Of a stretch of DNA of 64,000 bases, positions 37,555-49,500 are shown in pieces. Position 1 is the first letter of the stretch, and each line of letters starts with the position of its first letter. The translations under genes and the position numbers were made by a program. This DNA comes from Octopus vulgaris (Eukaryota). The notes below the pieces were generated by a model. It worked only from the letters and a program-made list of their open reading frames with translations. It was not told the DNA's origin and searched no databases. The DNA is taken from assembly GCA_951406725.2 (NCBI GenBank), contig OX597838.1:1240001-1304000 (forward strand). Direction: 5' to 3'.

Positions 37555-40500
37555 GGAATGGACTACATTAAATTAAAAGTGGTTTACCATAAGTTTTGCT
37601 CTCTGTATTTGCTAAGTAATTAATGTACTTGACAGACTTTAATAGTTAAAAATAGGAGTGACTATTTTGAAAACGAGTTTTATGTAAATATAAAGCTAAG
37701 AGGGAACATGAAGTGTAGAGGAAATGTTGTGAAATAGAGAAAGAGGATGGAGTACGGCTAAAGTGTTAGATGTACAATTAAGAATAATAGAGAAAGAATG
37801 TTGTTTACGTGACAAGGGATAAGGAGCTAGAGTTCCTTTTGCACCAAAAGTCAATATGAGAGTTTCTCTTGAAGTGTTTTATTATTGTATAGTTTATTGT
37901 AACAGAACCTCCATGTTTAAGTAAGGATAAATATTACCTCTCAGTATCTAGAGGACAACAAACATCTCCAGTCATATACATTATTTTTATTGAAAAAAAA
38001 TTCAAAGTCTTACAGCTGTTTCTGGGATATTCTGTCATCAGACAAATGGGGAAAATGAGAAGGGTATAGATTAATGAAATGATGACTTAGAGGACAGGAA
38101 TTAAGGAATATGAAGAAAGAGGCATAAAAGTTCACAATTCAACTTTCTAAGTTCTATTTTCTTCTCTTCATCTCCTTATTCCTTTATTCCTGTCCTCTAT
38201 GTCGTCGTTTCATTAATCTGTATCCTTCTCATTTTCCCTATTTGTGTCCGATGATGGAATATCCCATACTGAATTTTTTTTTTCCAGTAATAATAATGTA
38301 TCTGACTTGAAATGTTTGCCTTGCCTTAACGTTTGTTGTCCTCTTAAACAATTCTATATCCGCCATATAGGAAATCTGCAATGGTTCCATAACTACCATC
38401 TCGGCTATAACCTTGGGACCGTTGTAATCCGTTACAGCACTTACCTAGTATACTTGGTCGTTTAGATCACCTTTGAACTAAATCCCATATTTTGTATATA
38501 TATATATATGTGTCTATATATAAATATATATATATATATATTTCGTTTTTGGATTAAGTTTGCAAGATTCTTTATGCGAGTTCGTGTGTTGAAGCATATT
38601 CTGTTGTCTGGGGACAGTCATTTTCTTTTTATGCCTTATAATTTAACACACTCACCCGTAAAATTTCCACTTATTTCTTATTTTTATTTTCCTAAAAAAA
38701 TGCATCTCCCCAGACACAACAGTATATATATATATATATACACACACATACATACATATATTTATATCTACGTATGTATATATACATATGTATATATATT
38801 TAGTAACTTATTTCTTTGTCAACGTAGGTAAAAGTCACATGAATAAAAGAATTTACTTGTAAGGCATGTGGAAAGAAAAAAAATCTATAAAACTAAAGAC
38901 AATAAAGTAAATGGTCTTTATTCATTTTCAGTTATAATTAGGGGTTTCTGATTGAATTATGCTAAGGAAGGAAGTGATGATGAAAATTGATATTCCAAGA
39001 AGTAATAGATGTTAAGAAAGAAATATTTTGATATGGAGAAGTAGAAAGGTCATCAACATGCCAGGTTGTGGTCTGGGAGGTAGTATGTAGAAGGAATTGG
39101 GAAAAGAAATACAGACCAAGATGAAGGTGAGTGAGAAGAAGATCATAATGAAAGACAACTAATTAGGTATTGGAAGGAGTTGGAATCAAAACAGATGGAA
39201 TATACTTTATCAGCCAAGTGTAGCTGACACACACAAACACACGTGCGTGGAGTTGGTAAAGTACTCTATAGTTTTCATTAATCAACTCTCTACAGTGAAT
39301 TATTTCTCTTCTATTTTATAGACAGCTCAATCGTCTTCAGAATCTTACCAAACTGCCTCTTTTTAACCATTTCTCAGAAATTCTCAGTGGACTTCGGACA
39401 ATTCGAGCTTACAGGTATATTTGATGTTTTCCATTACTAATTTTTGTCACAACTAATTTAATTTATCAGCTTGTTACTAATTTCTGATTTAATTAATTAG
39501 TTATTTCACCAGTTCTTTACCATTCATATATCAAAATACATGATCATAACCTGTATTTTCCTTGAAGTGGAATAACAAGGTAAGTTAGCTCTCCTCTCAA
39601 AAATCTAAAAATTACTGAAGTCAAATTAGGAAGAGTGGTGTAAATGATTAAGCAATGGTAATTAAAACTGAAAATTAGTTGAGTCCCTAATTTTTAGTAG
39701 CTCAGTGTCATGCAGCTGATAGAACACATTGACTTGTAGTTGCCTGTTTTTAAATTCTATTTTCAGGGTACAGTACTGGTTTACTGGTTATGTTACCCAT
39801 GCAATAAACGTATTCAATGTCGTCTTCCTGTACATTCATGCTGTGAATCGGTGGTTAGCCATACGCTTGGTAAGTTTTACTCTTTCTAATCTCAACATTA
39901 TTTCATTTTACTCAAGAGGTTGTCTGTTGGTTGTGTCAAGTAAGATGACTTGGATGGATCGCCACAAGTCTATACTTTGTGTTTCACTGTTTGAATCCAT
40001 TTAGTGGCAAACAGTTGTTATTGGAAACCAACAGAAAACCAGTTTGTCGACCCACCATATGGAGATTAAGTTTTCATTTAATGACTCACTGATTTGGTTA
40101 ATTAAGATGTTAAAACTATAGAGTGAATGTTCAGGGGTTCCAACTTTACTAAAGCCAGACCCTTTATTTAATCCATTTGAGAAGCCCTGTATGAAACAGT
40201 GTTATAGGACTTTCTCTACCTCCTCATGGTATCTATTATAATGAAGTGAAATAGGTTTTTAGTAGGGGATATACACATCCCCAGCATCTGTATAAAAACT
40301 CAAAACCTATAAACTGTAATCTCCACCTCACCCCCTAACCACTGTAATCCTTACAGGTTGACAGATCCTTAATATTTTGATGTTTACTCTGTTGGGACAA
40401 TTGACATCTCTTACATGCACCCATTTCTTTACAAGGGAGTGCTGTAAAGTTCCTGGCTTTAAGAGTATTGTGAAAGGCCTGGTTGGAGGCCCAACTTTCC

Positions 40501-43500
40501 GAGTTCTTTTACAGGGCTTAGAAAAACTAAAGGACCACTGCAATAAGTGTGTGAATCTGAGAGGGATGTTGAATAAAATCATAATTAAATAATCCTCCTG
40601 TATTTTCTTTTACCCAAAACCAGGAACGTTAAAAAAAAACCCTTTGTGTTTGTACATCATAAAGTCTTAGTAAAAACAACAAAGGCTTTTATATTGTCAG
40701 AAATATGACATAGGGATTCAAAGGCCCAGTATTCAGTTGTCTGACCATATTGGTAAGAATATATAATTCCTAATTGTAGCACTACTGCCATGTATAAAAC
40801 GCAGCCAGATCACTCCAGCTATAGAAACCATGAAAAAACAGACAGTTGGAGCCTGGGGCAGCTCTCTGGCTCGCCAGCTCCTGTCAAACGTTCCAATCCA
40901 TTCCTGTATAGAAAATGGATGTTAAATAATAATGATGACGGTGATGATGACACTGCAACATAGATTTGCTGAGGAGAAAGAGAGACATGGGACAATTGGC
41001 TTCATTACTTCTCTGGTGTCTATTGGCCCACAATAATAAAAAGCTAAGTGAAATATGCAGAATTGAACTTGGACTACTATTGCTGCTGCTTTAGAAATAG
41101 TAATTGTTTCTAATTTTGGTACAAGGTCAGCAATTTTTGTGGGTTGGTAGTGTAAGTCAATGAAGTTGACCCCAGCCTTAACTGATCCTTTACTTTATTA
41201 AATCTAAGAATGTAAAGTGTCTGAACAACTGTCTCATTGCATCTTTGCCATGGTGCTAACAATTCTGCCAGTTGATCACATTCAGCAGTTGTAATAACAA
41301 CAGTTATAAGCTTCCCAGAATAATGTTTCTGTCCATTTAAATGGTTAACTTGTGTAACAAGAACTTCTTATTGCAGGATTTCCTTGGATGCCTTATTTTA
41401 TTACTGGCATCACTTGGTAGCTTGGCTTTCTCCATTCAAAACGAAGAAAATGGCACATTAGTTGGACTCTGTATGTTGAATGTTCTCATGGTAAGTAGAA
41501 TTTGATGAGTTCTTCATGTTTTGGTAGAATCACAGGATCACATTTCCTTCCTTAGTTTTGCTGAAAGCATTGCTGACCCCTACAAGTCATCTCTGAAATT
41601 CCTCTTCCAGCTGGACTGGTCAGCTCTTGTATATTTCTGATAAACAATACCTGCATTGGAGAATTGTGTAACTGATTCACATATGCAACACTGGCATCCA
41701 GTTTCTGATTGAATAGTTAAAAAGCGATTTAATATCAGATTTCCAGTACTAACCTCCAGTATTTTTCTGACTGGATAGTGATGCAGTGAATGAAATTTTA
41801 GTTCTTACCGAAATCTTAAACATTCCACTGACCAAAATACAAAACATCACTGTCTATTGTGAATGTAAATTGGAAATCAGAAACAATGTGACTGATGTCA
41901 TTATAATGCCCAACATTAATCTGGAGATAAATGTTGTAATTTTCAGGGCAGCTGAGCCACTCTTGTGTAAAACCTTTATATATACGACCCGTATAATATA
42001 TACATGCTAATTCATATTTCTTTGGTTCTCTTCTTGAGTAGAGAAATTTCTTGGATGATTTTATCTTTATTTTACTGTACATCTATGTAGTAATATATTT
42101 CTGATGGAAACTATGATGTATTTTTTCATCATTGCTCTGTGGAATTTTTATCTATTTCAGATGCCAATTTATGTGAACATGATAGCACGTCATGCAACAG
42201 AACTAGAGAACAACATCACGTCTTTAGAAAGAGTTGTGGAATATGCTTGTGAGACACCACCTTCAGTAGATCCACCAGGTGTGTCATCATTTTTATTGTC
42301 TTTGAATATTTATTGAAGTCTTGTACCATTGATTGTCATCCTACAACTCTATACACTGCTGCTGGTAATGTCTTGAAATGTTTGGCAAGTCTCTGCTTGA
42401 ATTAATGCCAGAGTTTCTAAGTAGCTCTGGAACCTGATCAGTGCCACAACATAACAGTCAGATCTCATTTCACTAATTCCAAACTGTCTGTACATATTTA
42501 ATGTTCAATCTAATGCCCGACAATAAAGACAAAATTGTAATTTCTAACTCAGTCATAGAGACAAACAATTCAGAAAAGAGAACAATGAGTTATATGAATC
42601 TACAGTTATTTTATTGACCCCGGAAGTGAACATGAGATGGATTTGAACTCAGAATACAAAAGTGTGCTGATCATTTTCTCTCATGCTCTACTGATTATGG
42701 CAATCCCTGAAATATTGATTGTATACCTTATTTGATTATTTACCTATATACTACACTGTATATGTATTATGTGTGATACAAGTACTACGTACTATATAGT
42801 TATTACCAAATGCCAAAGAGGTTCTATGTATTATATAGATGTTCTTAAGTACTGTGGTTGTACTTTTAAAGAAATGAAGTGACACAAATGAAAGTAAAGA
42901 AAAAAACACAGGAATATTTATTACTTAATGGTGAAGGGAACAAACACTTAAAAGTTTATGCAAAGATCTGATGTGTTGATGCAGTTGTGAATGGTAATAT
43001 TAACAAACACGGTATCCAGAAATAACCTGTTCATTGTCATCTATCGAATAAGGAAGATTTTGTACATGACAAAATGCATCAACTTTGTAATGTTAGGGTG
43101 GTGTAGAGAATTGTGTAGTTCTAAGGAGTGACTCTGGAAAGTGGCACCACAAAAAATTGCCTGGTAGTGCAACTGCAGCAGCATTGATGGATAACTAATC
43201 ACTTGTCTGATATATTTTCACACCTTTAACCTTAGTTTTGTGTTTTATATTGAATATGTAAGCTACTGATTCCTAATGAGTTACCAGAATAAATTGTCTT
43301 CCAAAGAGCAAATGATAACACTTTTTGAGAGCCTCAACTTTCACATAAACCCCTTTTTCTATTGTGCAATGATTTCATATGGTTTAATTTAGTGATTAAG
43401 AAAAGAAAGGTAACAGGCCTGCCATTTTCCTTGATGGTGACCTTGAAAGACATCAACGTCGAGGGTAAACAGCACATGTTTGTTAACTTAGTCCTTGACT

Positions 43501-46500
43501 GACTGTCATTACTGTTTTTGAAGACATTGGTGGCCATTACTGCTTCCTCAGAGCATTGACCAGATGTCTTTTGTTTTAGAGAAGTGAGTAACCCATCAGG
43601 AATATGCAAACAGACCTGTTGTTATGTGGTAAGGGTTCATTAGCAAACATGGATCTCTGAATGGAGGTAAACATAAGGAAATCAAGATGCAGCTCATTGT
43701 GGCTTAGAATAGAATATATGAATTAGAATATAACCTAGAATACAGATAGATTCAAAATCTACACCTTCTGTGTCATTTAGATTTATAAGAGCGCTTTAAG
43801 AATTTATATAAATTTTTGTTATGTTCCTCTTTGATCTTATCACATTTCACATCACATAAATAAGATTATCCATGTTGGAAACATGCAACATTATTCGTAA
43901 GAGCAAAACTAAGACATTTGAATTGAAACATTTGACTGTCTTATCATCAGAAGGCAATAGAGTTGTATGTGCTGTGTAAGTTGGTAGGATTAAATAGCTT
44001 CTAAAAAGAGATTTTGTTTGAGAATTTAATAGTATCAGAAGAGCCAACTGTTGATGCTCTTCTACTTGAAGAGTTTCATCAGGTGGACATAGATTTTCTT
44101 CAGTCCATTTCTTTAAATCGAATATAAATTGGATAATTAGGGAAGGTCGGTTATTTGTAGGGATTTGTGAAGCAGATTATATATTGTCAATGGAATGTAG
44201 CAATACTCCTACAAAACTCCTTCCCTAAATTATTGTTTGCAAAGTAGAAATGCTATTTTAGTCAAATAGATTAATTATGTATTTTTTAAAATTACAGTTT
44301 TGCATCTAACTTGCCTTTATTCTAAAATGTTATTTCGCTTTTGTCTTTATATTACAGATTGCATTGAGGTACCTGAGTCTTGGCCAGATGTTGGTGACAT
44401 TGAATTTCAACATATTGCCTTAAACTATGATCCTGAACAGAGCCCCGTTGTTATGGATGCCACTTTTACTATAAAAGATGCGGAAAAGGTAACAAATCTT
44501 GTTGTTTGTGATGGTGATGGTAGAGGTGGTTAATTACAGACTTACGCTGTGGTAATAACTGATCATTTCTTTGGGAGTGACTCCTCTCCATACATCTAGC
44601 GAGAACTGGTAGAGAAGGACTTACTGTAAAGATGGTGGATAGCTTAAAGATTTGTCTGGTAATATTGTGGGATATGCGATATATATATAACCCTGATCAA
44701 ACAAACTTTTGATCAAAGACGTTCCACCTGTCATTTATTTTTTTCAGAAATAATGTATGTCTTGATGGTAGTGTGTTATTTCAGGAAGATTATATTACCA
44801 TATCTGTGAGGGTATGTGAGCTAGTGGTTAGGGTGTTGCACTTACAATTGCTAGGTAGTGGGTTCAATTCCCAGATTAGGAACACTTCATTTCATATTGC
44901 TCTAGTCTATACAATTGTAAATGAATAACCCCATGATGGACGAGCCTTCCAATCATAATTCGAAAGCTAAAACAATGCAAGGTGCATTGTGACCAGTGAT
45001 GTATAACATTCAGTAGTTTGGTCAATCACATGATCATGTGACATTACCCTATCTAGCTGGTCATGTGACATTACCCCTATCTAGCTGGTCACGTGACCAC
45101 ACATCAGCTCTTTTGTTGGTTTGTGTATGTTATGCAAAGGTGGAGTGATGCTGAAGATGTTGATGGTTATATTTAGTAATGTTAGTGCTGGGATGATGAC
45201 TAGTCTAGAGGTGGTTAGTCATGGTGACAGTGGTTGTGTGTGTTCCTTCTATTGCTGCCAGTTACACAGCAGTTTGTTGTTTTTCTATATTTCAAGGTGG
45301 CCTTCTGTGGACATGCTGGGAGTGGGCGATCATCTCTCATCTTATCCTTATTCAAGATGATCCATGTACATGAAGGAAAGATCTTGATAAACTATCAGGA
45401 CATATCAGTTGTGCCGTCCCAAGTTCTGAGATCTCGTCTTTCCATTGTACCCCACGACCCAATCATGTTTGACGGAACAGTCAGGTGAGTTTCTCATTCA
45501 TCATTTCAAATCTACATTATTCCAAACTCAACATGTTGTCTGTCTCTATAAATTGTATCTATCATTGTAAAACTGTGATGTGGACCAAATGGAATCTGTG
45601 TTTACATTTGCAGTTGTTCAGCTTTTCACAAAAATTTTAATCTTCTTTGAGTAATACTTTAGGAGTAAATAGTAAATTAGCTAAAGAGACGAACTGCTAA
45701 ATTGGATAGAGTGGCAGATTACTAACCGATTGATTTGTTGCTGTAGAAATACATACTTTATCAGAGGTGAGTATAAAACCACTGAGGTTCAGGGTTGAGG
45801 TATGAATAGACTCTGGAATTTGAAACTGTGTTGAAGTAGATACAGAAATAACTGGCCAAATGTCGTAGCTCAAATATGCCAGATACATCTAGCCTGTCAC
45901 TTTAAACTTAAGACACAGTTAAGCTTCTACTCAAATGAAGCTTTATCAAATTTTATTAAAATAACAGTTTGAACAACTTGTGTAAATCTATGAATTTGTA
46001 TATCAAGTAAACCTGTATTAAACTAAAACCAAGCAAACATAAAGAGAGTCAGTTAATGCCGATATCGGAAATGTTTTGTTTTTCAGGTTCAATCTCGATC
46101 CAGAAGGCATATATAAAGATCCAGAGATTTGGGAAGCTTTGAATGCAGTTCAAATGAAAAGCACAGTTCAAGAGCTTCCCCATAAACTGGGTATGTTGAT
46201 AAAGATGTTGTATTTTTAGGATTGCCATTGCTTGACACATCAATAATCACACACACACCTTCCTTTTGTTATATATAATGTCAAACTGACCCTCATAGGT
46301 AAACTCCAAACTGATCTTACATATACTTTCAACAGCTGATTAACCTGATTAAGATCTCTGAGAAGACATTTTAAACTACTTTGACACTTAAATATGTTGA
46401 TTGAATGTAACACATTCTGAAGGGTTTCCTGTTATTATTCTCAGTCAGCAGTTCGTTACTCGGAGGAATTTCATTAATTTGGACATTAAACCAAAGGTAG

Positions 46501-49500
46501 ACAGGGAAGCTTACTTCTGCTGTTGTTGTTTAGCCCCAGGTCAACCTTTATCTTAGTTGTTCAAATCACGATCTTCATAGAGAGGTCTGTTATAATATTA
46601 ATGTACTTTTCTTTTGTTCACATGTTAGGGTGTAATTGGAGGGGAGATTTGGCTGTTATTTCTAGCAGGTAGAATTCCCTCATTGGTCTTAAAAAGCCAT
46701 TGCAGAACTCATTGGTAACTGGTTCAACTTATGGAGAAGAAATGGGTTTGGTGAACATAGTTGCCTTATGAATGTAGGTCAATTTTCTCTCTGTTGAAAC
46801 CATTCAATTGGTTTTTGTGTCCTGATAATTGACTGACCACAGTTCACTAGTAGCAAGAACATAAATGGACAGCAAAATACACAGAGGCCTTAGCTAGAAA
46901 GTAAATTCAATGAAATGAAGCCTATCTGGACTTACAGCCAGTGAATTTTCATAGTTGCAGCAATCTTTTTTTTATGGATGAGAAACCTGGACTAAGTCCC
47001 TAGCATCTCTTGAAGCTCACTCAAATTGCAGAAAATGACCAGTAAATAACTCTGTAGCAACCTTATTTCAGTTGACAAATAAGACAATAGTTGCTGTTTA
47101 ATAAAGGCATTGATTGAGGCAGCCAGGGTTGCTCACCAGCCAAATTGACGCATGGCATGATGAACTGTGGAGTGTCCTTCCAAGACCATGGTCAAAACTA
47201 ATGAAATGCAATGCTGCTATGATTGATGAAGAACTTAGAACACTAATGGATGATGGAATGGGGTATATGGTGCACCTATCATTGTGTCGAAAACAAGTGC
47301 AAGTTGTAGTCATTAGAAAGACTTTTTTTTTCTTTTTTTGGTATTCCATACTAATATTTATCTCACGATCACAACACACCCATCTATCTGTATATATATA
47401 TTTATATAGAATTAAAATTTTCAGGATTTGGTGGAATCAGAGTATTTAGATAGCAAAAGCAGCAAGGTAGAGTTGGGGATATTGACATATACATACTTAC
47501 TAAAGTAAATATGGATTTGTCCTTCCAGTTATGCACACACACACACAAGTACTTACAGAATACACAGTATGCATTCAAAGTCACACGGGGGTACACTCAC
47601 TGCACAAACTCCACAGTTGACTATAGGCTCCAGATCCAAATGCATGGAAGGTTCCAAGTTAGGTGAAGAATAAACAATAACCTATCTGTGTTTATTGTGT
47701 GTGTGCGCGCACATGCAGACACACACACACAGTTTCTGCAAGGTTAAGGCTGCCCCTGTCAGCACTTTATATTATATCTGGGTACTCTCCTTTAGCAGCT
47801 ATAACCACGAGACCCCTTCAATGTGGTTAATTAGGATTTCCTGTATAACTGCTTAACATTTCAAAGAGACACTCAGAAGTACACAGTCGAAGTTGCCCTT
47901 AATATTGAACACTATTTTGTCTGAATTCTGTAATCTGTGTTACCCCAAATGTTGTAAGCTATATATCCCATAATCTGTGTTATCTCAAACACTTACCTCT
48001 AGCCTCTAATCTGTGTTACCCTAAACACTGTCAGATGTAGCTTGTAATTTGTGCCCAAACAGTTGAAATTATCGTTTATATGGTTATTTTTACCAGTGAT
48101 ATTTCTCTCCACAGAAACTGTTGTCCTCCATGAAGGCAAGGAATTTACTATTGGCCAAAGACAGGTGAGATTTTCAAATGTTTTAATTGTTCATTTCCTT
48201 TAGCCGATGTTTATTACATGAAGGTATTGGATTAAATAATTGACCACAAGATCGCATGTTCAAAACCAGCCTTGTACAGTCATTGTGTTTGATTCCCTAG
48301 GAAAGTTTCCTCATTATGTGTGTGACTTAAATATATGTAATCCTTGTTTCTTTTACAGCTTTTCTGTTTTGCTCGAGCTTATATGAGAGACAGTAAAATA
48401 GTTATTGTGGAGCAGGAACACACTAACGATGATGCCTTGATGGAGGAAACCATTCAGGACCTCATCCGCACTGTGTTCAGGGATTCCACCGTTCTTGTGA
48501 CTTTGGTGAGTGAACTTTATTTTCAAATCCTGAATATATTAAAGGATTGAATTAACTTAAATTTATTTTAAAACCAATTATTTAAACATATATTCATTGA
48601 AATAACTCAGATTTCCTTAGCGCATATGCAAGTGCCTCCTACATTGTGCATGTATATGTGTGTGTGTGTGTGTAGATTTGGAGGCATTGTGTATAGCTTG
48701 ACAAGTATTTCTTCAAACCACAGCAAAGGTAAGATTTGAACACAGCAATGTAAATCAACAATGCTCTCAAATGCAGAATGTCAGCTGATCCAGGGCAGAA
48801 GGATTTGTTCTGGCAAAAGTGTCCAGTCCATTGACTTGTAGTTTTAGTCAAACCCCTTACTGGTGCGTCTAACCCCTTACTGGTGAGTCCAACCCCTTAC
48901 TGGTGAGTCCAACCCCTTATTTGTGAATCCAATCCCTTATTGATGAGTCCACAATACTCTTTAAAGAGGCCAGATTCCCCAGTTTCTGTGGCATACGCAT
49001 TCCTCCCTGGATGGGATGCCAATCCATTGCAGGGTTACTCGTTCTCTAGCTGAGTGGAATAGTGCAATGTGAAGTGAAGTGCTTTGCTCAAGAACTCAAC
49101 ACATTCCCCAAACCAGGAACTGAAACCACAATCTCAAGATCATAAGTCGAACACCTTAACCACTAAGTCATATGCCTCCACTATTGATTTAAAAAAATGT
49201 TATTCCTTCATAAAAAATACATTTTACTATATCTCTCCTCCTTCAAATGAATTTTAGACTAAGTCCTCTTACTAACCAATTGTTACTAAATTCTAATTCA
49301 ATTCTTAAATTATCCTTTGCTTCTCCACACTCCCATTAATTATAGTAATTCCTGTACCTGGTTGATAAATTAGCTTGTTCATTCTTAAGTGTTAACAAAC
49401 AGAAGCCATGTTGTCTTCCAAGTTGAAAGACTCAATTGTGTGTAGGCAGCTCTTTAGAACTGACGGTTGCTCCTAAAATGGTAAGGAATGATTCACAGAT

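Noticed and set aside
42700-44230. Possible transposase remnant in the intron
   Set aside because: Looks non-random, but no motif could be confidently assigned by eye.
47114-47449. 111-aa ORF inside an NBD2 intron
   Set aside because: No recognisable domain, no fitting splice sites, and the flanking exons already join in frame.
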